Source: Octopus sinensis
Lineage: Eukaryota
Direction: 5' to 3'
DNA length: 64,000 nucleotides
NCBI RefSeq assembly: GCF_006345805.1
Contig: NW_021832552.1
Location: forward strand, 1-64,000
The notes beneath the pieces are model-generated. The model was not told the origin of the DNA and made no database searches. It worked only from the letters and a program-made list of their open reading frames with translations. The position numbers were made by a program, and so were the translations under genes. Of this stretch, positions 9,491-22,212 are shown piece by piece. Within the stretch, counting starts at the first letter, position 1. Every line of letters begins with the position of its first letter.

Positions 9491-10690
9491 TACTCCCATA
9501 GTTATACGTAGGTTGGTTTTGTTGTTTTTTATTTTGTTTTGTGTTTTATTCTTCTTGCTTCCAAACTTTGCCGTTTTTGTTTCGAATCCATCCCATTGCG
9601 CCGGCATCTTGGGCAAGTGCCTTCAGCCCTAACCGCAGGCTTCCCTAAGTTGTGTGGATAGATTTTGTAGACTCTGAAAGAATCCGGCTTTGTGTTTGTG
9701 TGTGTGTTTAATGTACCAAATCCGTGTTTTGCGCCGGCGAGTGTTGTGTCTGCCCGTTTTTGGTGTAGCAGGGTAGTTGGAATATATTTCCCGATTCTGA
9801 AGAAAAGGGCCAAATTTTAGGATGCAGTCCTAGCTATGCTAACGATGCGCTTTCGCCGGTAAAGATCGCCGGTGATACTGAGATTCAGCAATTGGAGCGG
9901 GTGTAAAGGAAGTGAGGCCGTGCCGTGTGTGTATATATACTACAAACCCCATTATTGATAACAAAGTAGGGAAAAGAAAAACCCTAAACATGGTACTCAG
10001 CATGACCGCAGCCCAGCGACTGAAACCAGTAAAAGCATATGTATATATAGATACCTTAATATTTGTGAGTCAGTATGTGTGTGTGTATAATAATATATCA
10101 GCAATATATTTTACTTTAGAGAATGTTTTATTTCTTTCACTTTAGGTACAAGTCTTCATATTTAGTGCTAATATAATCGATTTAGTGACAACAATGATTT
10201 ATTTGATATAAAAGCCAAAAATTTGTGACCATATCGTTTATAAAAGTTGTTTGGGTGATATTTATTCCATAATCCTATACCGTAAAATCCACTAAGGGGA
10301 GTGAAAGCTAAGAAGTCCTCAGAATGATTACAATTTCTGTTCTGGTAAATTCCAGAAATTGCGATTGCTAAATATTCTTCCTGGAGCTAATCGATATTTA
10401 TTTAGTTGACACTTACGTATCAGCTGTTTGTTTATATCGATGTGGCATTTTTATCCTTCCTAGATAGAAAGTTGTATACGTTTGTACATACTGACAGTAT
10501 TGTTCTTGTTTAACCCCTAAGTAGCACTTAGCCATTCCAGCTGTGGCCACCCCTTCTCTTCGAACACCTTATTTCAAAGATTTTTCGTAATTTGACATAT
10601 GTATATATATATAATCCCAACTGATCCATTTTGATATTTCTACGGGTTAAAAGGAAAGGATTACACACATGTGTATATACATATATATAT

Positions 10691-11060
10691 TGGCTGTGTG
10701 GTAAGTAGCTTGCTTACCAACCACATGGTTCCGGGTTCAGTCCCACTGCGTGGCACTTTGGGCAAGTGTCTTCTGCTATAGCCTCGGGCCGACCAAAGCC
10801 TTGTGAGTGGATTTGGTAGACGGAAACTGAAAGAAGCCCGTCGTATATATGTATATATATATATATATATATGCGCGTGTGTGTGTTTGTGTTTGTCCCC
10901 TAGTGTTTATGTCCCCGTTACTTAGCGGTTCGGCAAAAGAGACCGATAGAATAAGTACTGGGCTTACAAAAGAATAAGTCCTGGGGTCGAGTTGCTCGAT
11001 TAAAGGCGGTGCTCCAGCATGGCCGCAGTCAAATGACTGAAACAAATAAAAGAGTAAGAG

Positions 11061-11062
<2 letters not shown>
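10691..11062 (+). mobile_element. SINE family 1
   Basis: Head, internal TA tract and tail all present. Confidence 0.9.
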
Positions 11063-11102
<40 letters not shown>

Positions 11103-11104
11103 TC

Positions 11105-11258
11105 TATTTAAAAGCAGCAGAAATTCAGCAAAACCTGTTACTCAGAGTAACAGGTTTTGTTGAATTTTCTGCTGCTTTTAAATAAAGCATTTTACTCTAC
11201 CCCTGGTATTTGAGTACTCTTTTTTCTGCCTTGTTTCACATTTATGTGTTTACTCCAG
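11105..11258 (+). mobile_element. Collapsed copy of the 5930 element: 80-bp hairpin plus tail
   Basis: CCTGTTACTC-A-GAGTAACAGG centre at 11144; tail nearly identical to 6102-6174. Confidence 0.85.
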
Positions 11259-11349
11259 TATATAGATATATATATATATTATAGAATAGCACCGGCAAAA
11301 ATGTTGTTGCCAGATAAAGTGAAAGCATTGCGCTATATTTATTAAATTA

Positions 11350-12320
11350 TTGTTACATACACACAGTATAAGCCTGAATGGTAATACGCAGTATGGTAAA
11401 CAACGTTTAAATTTTGTGTGCAGTAAAGGGAATGCCCATAAAAATGTTGTACGTAGTATATGATAAGAACAGCTAAATTTTGTTCATAATATAAACATGT
11501 AAACTTCGAACACAGTATAAACACACCGTGTGATTGTGTGTGCAATATACGCACATCGCTAACTGTATATGCAGTATGGTAACACATAGCATGTTTAGAC
11601 GGCATGATGTCATTGTTGCTTTGGTTACTCAGAATGGTAAATCAGTGACGAAAACGAACTAAGGGTACGCTAAAGTACATGAGGCTGAGATTGGGATGGT
11701 AGGGTAATTAGATACTATAAATATCAGAGATGTCTAGTAATAAAAAATGATAAAAAAAAAAAGGCAAAGGAAAAGTTGTACCCCGGCCTCCCTCCTGACA
11801 TTTCCATCATCGGTTGGCTGAGTACACTGTGGTAACACAGGTATGATAACGCATAATTATATTTTGTACATTCTGTGGTAACATCGCTCTATTATACACA
11901 CCCGACAGTATCTGCTTTACTATGTACAGTCAATAGAAACATAGGTATAATATGTATACAGTATGGTGATTTGCTGTTGTACTATATACGCAGTATAGTA
12001 ACGAACTACTATACTATGTACACCGTATGGTAACATAGTATATGTACACCGTATGGTAACACTACTATACGATCTAAACCGCTATACTATGTACATCATA
12101 TGGTGACACCTTTATATATATATACAGTATGGTTACATAGTCCTACTATGTACTACACCTTATGGTAACCCATCTGTACTGTGTGCACCATACGGTAACA
12201 CCGCTTGACTACATATACAATATGGTAACATCGCCCTGTTGTGTGTGCCGTATGGGAATACCACTGTACTATGTACACAGTATGGTAACATCGCCCTACC
12301 ACGTACACAGTATGGTAAAG
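11350..12320. repeat. Degenerate 30-bp minisatellite (consensus about TATGGTAACATCGCCCTGTACTATGTACACAG)
   Basis: TATGGTAAC-like motif recurs at 30-bp spacing around 12220-12320 and more loosely upstream. Confidence 0.7.
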
Positions 12321-12462
12321 CACTTGTTACACTTTCTCTCTATTATGATTACCTCTCCTCTTGAAGAGGTGAAGTGGAAGATTCGTGTCTATATGTATTC
12401 GATCAGGTTTCGATTCCCGATTTGGAAAGGTGCCAATTCTACATTCTTTTCTTAAATATATA

Positions 12463-12626
12463 GGTGCAGGAATGGCTGTGTGGTAAGTAGCTTGCTTACC
12501 AGCCACATGGTTGCCGGTTCAGTCCCACTGCGTGGCACTTTGGGCAAGTGTCTTCTATAGCCTCGGGCCAACCAAAGCCTTATGAGTGGATTTGGTAGAC
12601 GGAAACTGAAAGAAGCCCGTCGTATG

Positions 12627-12665
<39 letters not shown>

Positions 12666-12693
12666 TATATATATATTATATATATATATATAT

Positions 12694-12726
<33 letters not shown>

Positions 12727-12919
12727 ATGTTTGTGTCTGTGTTTGACAACCGATGCTGGAGTGTTTACGTCCCCGTAACTTAGCGGTTCGGCAAAAGAGA
12801 CCAATAGAATAAGTACTAGGCTTACAAAGAATAAGTCCTGGGATCGATTTGCTCGACTAAAGGCGGTGCTCCAGCATGGCCGCAGTCAAATGACTGAAAC
12901 AAGTAAGAGTAAAAGAGTA
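12463..12919 (+). mobile_element. SINE family 1, full length
   Basis: Head, internal microsatellite, tail ending in AAGAGT repeats. Confidence 0.9.
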
Positions 12920-14406
12920 TATAACCATGAATCAGAGATTCTCTCTTTTTCCTCCTTTCATGACTAAGAATGCTTTTAAGCCGGATTTTTACATTTTGCT
13001 TTATGGGAACGATAGAAATTTTCAGTAAATCAGTTTCTTGTTTAATGATTTAATGAGAGGGCTTTCGTTAGTGATGAAAGGAAAGCGATGAGTTATTCTT
13101 AAACGGGACACTTGACTCATGTTGGCAACGAAGTGAGATCCGCTTGGGACAAAGGGGCCAGATTAGTAATTACCGATTGGGCCGATTTATTGAGTCTACC
13201 ACCCAAAAATCAGAAACGATCCTTCTTCCGAGGGCCTTTCGCAGTTTATACCTACCAAATTTCACATAAAAGGTTTTGGTCGGGTTTCGGGTTTCGTTTA
13301 GGTGAGTGATTCTCAACTGGTGTTCATATGACCCTTGGGAGGGGACCATGTGAGATTTTGTTGCTAAAGTTTATGTTCAATATGTTGTATACTTCGCTAC
13401 ACAACATATTTTGATTTTTTAAATACAATTTCAAATAATATATAATTATAAAAATATAGTAGGATTTTCTTTAAACACCGAAAATAGGAACCAAAGAGGT
13501 CCATAGGTAAAGAGAAGAAAATAGTTGGGAAATACTGGTTGAGACCCTCTTCACATAATGTTTTAAATGTTTTTAACCATAAACGTTACTCTCGTATTCC
13601 GGATTTTCTATATTGTTGCTCACCCAGCTAAAAATAGCTGTCAAATGCTCCTTAAAGTACACTGTCGTATGATTCAATAATGTCATAGTTTATTTACACA
13701 AAGACGATACTGTCACGGTTGGAATGTATTTGATGAAAGATCTGATGAAGCCTGGCTGAGACGGGTCTAAACAACTACTGAAGCAATCAGTCAACGTTAG
13801 ATCGACCTACTAGAAACAACAGCCAAATCTCAAATCATACCTACTGCCTTTAAAATACGAACGACACGCTTGATAGTGTTGTCCTTGAAAATCATTTGAA
13901 CATATCTGCTCAGTCAGGTCTGACTAGGAGCTAACTAACGACACCGATTAATAGTTTATTAGTCCTAGCTGTTTTCTCATCTAAGACTCCATTGTTCTTA
14001 ATACTAACAAGCTGTGAACTGTCTGAACACTGCACTTTTCTAGCTAGTTCCACTCCTTCGCATACTGCAGCTATTTCAGGATAGAATTTCACAGAAACTG
14101 CATTTATATATGTCAGCTTACTGCTGCTTTCTACAATGAACTGGGTGAACATTCATTCTATCATACCACTAAACTAGGTTAGTGTGGTGATGTTACCCCA
14201 GGAACAAAATTAGATTGGGGTTATTCATTTTTATTTGAAGAAGTAAAACATTCTATCTTTTAAGAAATGATTGAAGGTTAACGATTTAAAAACCCTTTTA
14301 TTACGCTTGTTAAACAGATAAAAATCATCAAACCGTTTATATATAACCGTGTTAATTCACTCTTGTATACTTCTGCTACTAGTTATAAGGGAGTTACTTT
14401 TCCTCG

Positions 14407-14633
14407 GGCGAGCTGGCAGAAACGTTAGCGCGCCGGACGAAATGCTTAGCGGTATTTCGTCTGTCGTTACGTTCTGAGTTCAAATTCCGCCGAGGTTGAC
14501 TTTGCTTTTCATCCTCTCGGGGTTGATAAATAAAGTACCAGTTTCGCACTGGGTCGATGTAATCGACTTAATCCCTTTGTCTGTCCTTGTTTGTCCCCTC
14601 TATGTTTAGCCCCTTGTGGGTAGTAAAGAAATA
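14407..14633 (+). mobile_element. SINE family 2 monomer
   Basis: GGCGAGCTGGCAGAAACGTTAGC head and GGTTGACTTTGCTTTTCATCC core, which resembles the Nin/Deu central SINE domain (from recall, unverified). Confidence 0.85.
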
Positions 14634-14908
14634 TATATCACTGTTATGCTGTATCGATTTCAGAACGGGAGAATATAAAGTGGAATCCATGAGATTTAAA
14701 CAATAACTTGTTAAACTATTTACTGGGCCGTATATTTTATTAACACCACTGGCCACGATTATGAAATTTCTTATGGCACTCGTGTTTTTACAAAGAACAT
14801 CTGAGAGGGATTCAGGTTGCTTTGAAGGAATTCCATATTTTGTATTTTTTAAATCTGTTTTTGTTTTCGCTTAGTCAGAGGTGGATGTGCAGTACCCATG
14901 ACATTTGT

Positions 14909-15212
14909 GGAGGCACATGGCCTAGTGGTTAGAGCAGCGAACTCGCGGTCGAGAGATCGCGGGTTCGAATCTCAGACCGGGTGATGTGTGTGTTTATTAT
15001 GAACGAAGCACCTAAGCTCAACGAGGCTCTGGCGGAAGGTAATGGCGAACTTCTGCTGACTCTTTCGTCACAACTTTCTCTCACTTTCCTCCTGCATCTT
15101 GTATCTCACCTGTGACAGACCAGCATCCCGTCCAGGTGGGGAGCCTATACGCTAATGAAACCGGGAAACCGGCCCTTATTAGCCAGGCGTGGCTCGAGAA
15201 GGAATAAACAAT
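14909..15212 (+). mobile_element. tRNA-derived SINE (head A, tail Y), full length
   Basis: Same head and body as 565-954 but a different tail; 13-bp TSD CCATGACATTTGT at 14896-14908 and 15213-15225. Confidence 0.85.
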
Positions 15213-16023
15213 CCATGACATTTGTTAGGTCACCAGAGACTGAGAGAATCCTTTGACCAAAGATCTTACCCGGTTGCTTGCATCAGAGTGGACTCCTCCA
15301 AATCACCCGATGTACACTTCGATGATGTTAAACTAGGCGAATAAAAGTCGAACTAGGTATAAGTTTGTACCTAGTCCTACCTTTATTCGGAAACCCACTC
15401 AACGACAATTGTTTGGTTTATTTTACTGTACCCAATATCCACTCTCTTTGGAGAACTGTATCTTTGTACTCCAGGAGATCGCATTTAAGAAGAACTCTTG
15501 CTTACTTGGAGTATTTTTGTTTAGATTACCATACTCCATAATCGCAGATCTGTTCTCTACATGACTCCGATATAATCCGAAGAAAATATAAAGACTGCGT
15601 GTATCTTAGATCTGTTCATGTATGATTTATTTTGACCAGAACTGCGTTATCGAAAATGCAACAATCGGTTTGATTTTCATTAAAACTGGTTAGGAAGTGA
15701 GGGTCACAAGTGGCAGGGTCGGCTCAAGGTACCGGCAACTCGGGCAATCGCCAGGGGCGCCAAGGAGGGCGTGACAAAGGCAAGGAAATTTCCACGACCG
15801 TCAGCTTATACACACCGAAGTTCAGCTTGCTCCGGGCGCCGGCAACCCCACGGCCATCCCTGACAAGTGGGCTAGATAGCGTTCAAAAATGAATTAAAAT
15901 GGTTTACAGAGAGAAAGATAAAATCTAACAGTATGTGCGGTACCACGTAGCAAAGGGTTCTGTGCTTTGTGACAAAAGGGATTTTCCTGGAAACGTTACA
16001 GCACACCAATTTGACTGTGAAAC

Positions 16024-16231
16024 ACTCTTTTACTTGTTTCAGTCATTTGACTGCGGCCATGCTGGAGCACCGCCTTTAGTCGAGCAAATCGACCCCGGGA
16101 CTTATTCTTTGTAAGCCCAGTACTTATTCTATCGGTCTCTTTTGCCGAACCGCTAAGTGACGGGGACGTAAACACTCCAGCATCGGTTGTCAAGCAATGC
16201 TAAGGGTACAAACACACATACATACATATAT

Positions 16232-16303
<72 letters not shown>

Positions 16304-16464
16304 GACAGGCTTCTTTCAGTTTCCGTCTACCAAATCCACTCACAAGGCATTGGTCGACCCGGGGCTATAGCAGAAGACACTTGCCAAGATGCCACGCAGT
16401 GAGACTGAACCCGCAGCCATATGGTTGGTTAGCAAGCTACTTACCACACAGCCACTCCTGCGCC
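16024..16464 (-). mobile_element. SINE family 1, full length
   Basis: Reverse-complement match to family 1. Confidence 0.9.
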
Positions 16465-18214
16465 TATTGCTGATGCCAAACATTTGTCACCTAGGATCCT
16501 ACTATTTATATTATTACCTATATACAGTTGTGATAAAGGATAAACGAAACTAGTTCAGCTCGTTACATCACCACAACACATTTCTCTGGCCTTGAACAAA
16601 GAAACTGGTTTCTCACAGAGGCACAAAATTGCACATTTCATGAGAAGGATGTAGTAAAATTTTATTTATCCCAGTATTTCACTGGTACTCATTTCATTGA
16701 CACCAGTAGGACAAAAAGACAAGGACAACTTCAGTGAGATTTTAACTCAAAACATGAAGAGAACGTGACAAAATATTGCAAACCAAATTTCTGTCATCTT
16801 ACCAATTCTATCTTCTACCATCAAAATGGTCTTATAGAGACTGTTTTCGAGACAACTTACTTTGTGTGTGTCAAAATGCTAGGCGATATTTCCAGTTTTT
16901 TTAATTTTTTTTTTACATTCTACGTTACATTCTTTCGGCATCGATAAAATAAATGACAGTCAACTAGTGGGGGTCACTGTAATCTAACCATTTTCACCTA
17001 AAATTGCTGGCTTTGTGCCAAAATTAATTAGAAAGAACTAATATTTATATCTTACCCTATATTTTACTTTCTGATTGTTACCTGATGGTGACTGAAAAGG
17101 AAATTGATCGAAACTAAACTTTATTTAAAAAAAAATATATTTCACCTGGTTTAACATCAGTTTGTTTATAGGGTACTTTTTGTGGAGTTCATTCTGTTGC
17201 AAGCACTTGGGGGCCAGAGCTCTCGTTTGAAAATAACTTCTCATTAACTCCAAAGTCACTGAACATGGAAACGGGTGATACATTCTCTCTATTAAAATAA
17301 AATTTTATTTCGAGTTCCAGACTTGATTTCATACACCCGACGTGACCTCGTACACCAAACATGGCTTCATCTATCAGGCTCAGGGGCAATATTTCTGATT
17401 TGATACTTAAGAAAGTATTCACGCCGGATAAAATGCATAGCGGCATTTTGTCCGTCTTTGTGTTCTGAAGAGATCTATGATTAGCGTTATGTCGCTTAAG
17501 TTACGGTTGCATATATTTGTGTTCAGAACACTTAACTCACAAGAGATTCCGGTCGACCTAACTGTAAGCAAGTACCACAGAGCAGGATCAATTGGCTAGT
17601 CTTCCTTTTTTTTATCGATTTAGCCCCTATATAAGAAGTTGCCAACAAGGAAGCCTTTATATGATCGCTTGACTTCCTGGAATTAGCAGCTAAATCTCCC
17701 TCAAACTGTAAACGGATACCTTGAAGAGAATGAGATACATTATGTTATATAGTTCCAAAGATGATCTTTCTGTATTACGACTGAATTTTCAAAATACAAA
17801 ACAGAAACCAGAATGACAGTATAGTACAAACACGAAGGTACTACAAAAAAATTCGTTTTATTATATTTTCTACCGAAACAATTTTTCAAGTATGTGTATT
17901 TAATAAAGTTTTTCAAATATGAAATCTGTAATCGTGTAAAATATAGTAGCGACTCCGCTTGGCTGAGTTGCATGTAGGCTTGTTTTTGTTGCTTTTACAA
18001 AAGCAACCAACAGGAGTCATTACTGCATTGTATCAAACAATTGCTATTCCTTGTCCTGGCTAAATATATTTTTATACAATCCACACATGTACATTTTATT
18101 TAAAACACATGATCAAATGCATATTTTAAGCATTATTACTTGTCTGGAAAATTTAATGACGTTCGTAAGATTCTTTTACTTGTTTCAGTCATTTGACTGC
18201 AGCCATACTGGATT

Positions 18215-18605
18215 TGAAAGGCAAAGTCGACCTCGGCGGAATTTGAACTCAGAACGTTTCGTCTGCCGCTACGTTCTGAGTTCAAATTCCGCCGAGGTCG
18301 ACTTTGCCTTTCATCCTTTCGGGCTCGATTAAATAAGTACCAGTTACGCACTGGGGTCGATATAATCGACTTAATCCCTTTGTCTGTCCTTGTTTGTCCT
18401 CTCTGTGTTTAACCCTTTGTGGGTAGTAAATTTATAGGTATTTCGTCTGTCGTTACGTTCTGAGCTCAAATTCCGCCGAGGTCGACTTTGCGTTTCATCT
18501 TTTCGGGGTCGATAAATTAAGTACCAGTTACGCACTGGGGTCGATATAATCGACTTAAACTGTTTGCCTGTCTGTGTTTAGCCTGTCTGTGGTAGTAAAA
18601 AAAAA
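18215..18605 (+). mobile_element. SINE family 2 dimer with 43-bp inverted 5' segment
   Basis: Arms 18215-18257 and 18271-18313 are perfect complements; two tandem core units follow. Confidence 0.85.
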
Positions 18606-18970
18606 ATAGGTTATAGATGGAATACATTTGATCATAGGTTTTCCCATTAGAGCTGGTCTAAGATTTAAAAAACTACGGAGTAATTTTACTTGGAATCATT
18701 CTGAAAACCAAGTCGAAAATTGGTGTTTCAGTCCCAATGTGAAGCCAATTGTTCTACGCCAACCTAATTCATGAAACCATAAACAACACTCCCTGCCTCT
18801 CTCTCACTCTAATCCTCCCGACCATCTTTTAAAAAATGTGGGGTGGGGGAGTAGTATATGTTTGATCATGCAATCCTTTGAGAATTACACTATCTGAAAA
18901 CGAGTTCAAATGAGTACGGCTGGAACGCTTTTAATCTGCCCGGCCGGAGTTGAATTTAGTCAAGATGATA

Positions 18971-19385
18971 TATTTCTTTACTACCCACAGGGGGCTAAAC
19001 ATAGAGGGGACAAACAAGTACAGACAAACGGATTAAGTCGATTACATCGACCCCTGTGCGTAACTGGTACTTATTTAATCGACCCCGAAAGGATGAAAGG
19101 CAAAGTCGACCTCGGCGGAATTTGAACTCAGAACGCAGCGGCAGACGAAATACCTATTTCTTTACTACCCACAAGGGGCTAAACACTGAGAGGACAAACA
19201 AGGACAGACAAACGCATTAAATCGATTATATCAACCCCAGTGCGTAACTGGTACTTACTTAATTGACCCCGAAACGATGAAAGGCAAAGTCGACCTCGGC
19301 GGAATTTGAACTCAGAACGTAGCGGCAGACGAAATACGGCTACGCATTTCGCCCAGCGTGCTAACGTTTCTGCCAGCTCGCCACC
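18971..19385 (-). mobile_element. SINE family 2 dimer
   Basis: Two tandem units plus head. Confidence 0.85.
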
Positions 19386-20017
19386 TTATTTAGTCAAGAC
19401 GATAGCTTACTGTTACAACCACCGCTGTTCCAAAATTCTTCTCAATTTTTTCAAAGTTTATCGCTGTTTATTCAAAACCCGTCTCTTTCAGGTTACTTAT
19501 TCAAAACAAAATAAAGCACCAATCACGTACTGGGACCGATTTAATCGACTGTTCCCCCACCTTTCACACAAATGTTAGATATTGAAAATCTTTTCTTTTC
19601 AATGTCTTTACCACATTCGTTCCCATTTTCCCACTAAAGACACAATAATAAACGAAACTGTTTGACCCGTGTGACTTCCTCATTGTTGTCACCAATAATA
19701 CTTCAATGTGTCGCCTGTTGATAAGTAGCTAAAATATTTTTCTGATAAGTGAAGGAGAGAACATTATTAACTGTTCTTAATGACCTTGTTTTGTTTATTA
19801 TTATTATTGTTGTAGTTGTTATTGTTACATTTACGTTCAGAGTTTAACTTCTGCCAAGGTTGTTAGTATGTCCAAACGTTCCTGTTTTCAAAACAATAGT
19901 TCTGCTGTCCCGTCTCGAAAAGAAAACTTCGACACGACGACTATTCCTGGAATTTTATATTTTGATTTTAAAATGAGTTTTCGTAAATATTTCCAGGGTT
20001 TTAATATTTTTTAGAAC

Positions 20018-20350
20018 GGATCTTTTCAGTTTGAACGGCAGTTTTTTTTCAAATAATTTCTACGTAACTAAACACTCTTACACTTTGTATACTGGTAGAA
20101 TATGTTTATAAAACTTCTTTTTCTCTTGACTTTATTGAGAAAATTTTCACTTTGACCGGCAGATTTTAAAAATAATTTCTTTGTAACTAAACACTTTTAA
20201 ACTTCGTATACTGGTAGAATGTGTCATATAAAACATCTTTTTCTCTTGGCGTTCTTGAGAAAAAATTATGTAGTTTGTAAGCTATTTCTTGTTTAATTTC
20301 TTGTATTTCGGCAATTTCAACCAATCAATGACGTCTATTGAAGTGAATAC
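20018..20350 (-). mobile_element. Partial GGATC-TIR MITE with internal duplication of about 120 bp
   Basis: One TIR GGATCTTTTCAGTTTGAACGGCAG; the GTAACTAAACAC...GTATACTGGTAGAAT block occurs twice. Confidence 0.7.
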
Positions 20351-21034
20351 AATTACTGCTGTTGCTTGCCAGCAAGTGAAAAGGTCCTAATCGATTTACC
20401 CCCAATCATGATATTGCTGGTCTTGTGCAAAAAAAAAACAAACTGAAACCATTATTATTTGAACGATGGATTTGCAGAATCGTTGGAGCATCGATGCTTT
20501 ACGTTCTGAATTAAAAACCTTCCGAGATCAACTTGGCTTTTATCGTATTGGGATCATCTCAGACTAAGTGCCCTACTTAGAAACACCTATTGTTATTATT
20601 ATTCTAGTGTTTCATCGCTGCATTCTTTATACATTAGTTCTGCCGGTTCATTTGCCTCCGTCAAATTCTGACATTGTTTTCCACCTCCAGCTAAGGATAG
20701 TTCAGCTATTATAATACGAGACTGAATTATTTTATTTGTTTTTGCTGGCATATGTTCATAGAGAATGGAATGAAGTTCTGCTGGAATCAGCAGCTTGGTG
20801 GCGATGATGGTAGCGTTAGATATCGTTAGCGTGGTAGTGGTAGTGGTGTACGTACAGGAATCAGCAGCTTGGTGGTACGTAAACCGAAGCTCAGATAAAA
20901 TCAAGTAAAAACAGAAAAATAAATAACTGAAAAAACTAGTTGTAGACTGACTGGTTAAGAGGTTGGCTTCGTAATCACGAGTTTTCGAGTTCGATCTCGC
21001 GCATCGCATGGTTTTATTGGCAAGTATTTTTTTT

Positions 21035-21256
21035 TATTGCCCACAAGGGGCTAAACATAGAGGGGACAAACAAGGACAGACAAATGGATTAAGTCGATTA
21101 CATCGACCCCAGTGCGTAACTGGTGCTTAATTTATCGACCCCGAAAGGATGAAAGGTAAAGTCGACCTCAACGGAATTTGAACTCAGAACGCAGTGGCGG
21201 ACGAAATACCACAAAGCATTTCGCCCAACGTGCTAACGTTTCTGCCAGCTCGCCAC
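21035..21256 (-). mobile_element. SINE family 2 monomer
   Basis: Family match. Confidence 0.85.
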
Positions 21257-21615
21257 CTTATTTGGCTAGTATCTTTTTACCATAGCAATGGGTTGAGGCA
21301 GACTTTGTGTGTGAAATTGGGGAGCCGGAAATTGTGTGGGAGACAGTCGGATGGATTGTACCTGTTGTTCAAAAGCACCAACCTTGTCAACATAGTGTGA
21401 CATTTCCTGGGAATCACGTTAAGGATCTGAATAATATTCATTTACACATTAATCCAGAAGAGTACGTCATTCAATTGATAGGACAACCCAATTCTTATCG
21501 TCGAAATTGACGGAGGCTCCACTTCAAAATATAACAGTTAAATAATTGATTGATTATAATGTAGCAGTTTTGTAAAATACAGTCACTTATGCAATTCATA
21601 AATGATACACATATG

Positions 21616-22006
21616 GGATCATTTCGGTTTGAACGGCAGTTTTTTCTAGCAGTGTCATATGAAATTGTCACCCATAATTATGACCCTAGTATCGATCTAT
21701 TGCATTTCAATCTGTTTTAGGGTTAGGGGTGGAGGGAAGGGTATCTTTTTTTCTTCAGAAATGTAAATAAACCCAATCTGTTTCTTAAACGAGGGACACA
21801 TTCATACGGCACAGAATGTTTTTAAATCTCAATAGACGTCATTGATTGGTTGAAATTGCAGAAATTGAAGAAAATTACAAACTATAGAATTTTCTCAATA
21901 AAGCCAAGAGAAAAAGATTTCATATTCTACCAGTATACGAAGTTTAAAAGTGTTTAGTTACGTGGAAATTATTTTTAAAAACTGTCGGGTCAAACCGAAA
22001 AGATCC
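21616..22006 (+). mobile_element. MITE with about 29-bp TIRs (GGATC...GATCC) and 8-bp TSD, possibly Merlin-like
   Basis: TIRs read directly; degraded TSD CACATATG/CAGATGTG. Confidence 0.75.
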
Positions 22007-22212
22007 CAGATGTGAAGATAAGACGCTTGACATTGCTGTGTTGTTATTTTTTTTTGTTCGTTTGTTTGTTTTTTGGTTTGCTGATTGTTCACAGTTCAAG
22101 ATGAGAAGGTAGGGAAGAGCAGTGAGTTAAATAAACACCACCAGGTTAACTACTTCCAAGCTGCCTCAGTTATGGTATACTCATCACTGATAATAACATA
22201 AATATGACTATA

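Noticed and set aside
8802-9616. Long HT/YI/CV-repeat ORFs here and at 37666, 50775, 54628, 55382 and 61167
   Set aside because: Microsatellite translations.
13741-13775. CTGATGA-AGCC-T-GGCT-GAGA hammerhead-like motif
   Set aside because: GAGA instead of GAAA, a 1-nt stem II loop, and no stems I or III.
15748-15762. CTCF-like motif CGCCAGGGGCGC
   Set aside because: One G short of the core consensus; not supportable alone.
16525-16562. GAAACTAGTT with palindromic stem III candidate
   Set aside because: The upstream core lacks C3 and G8 and has no stem II; probably chance.
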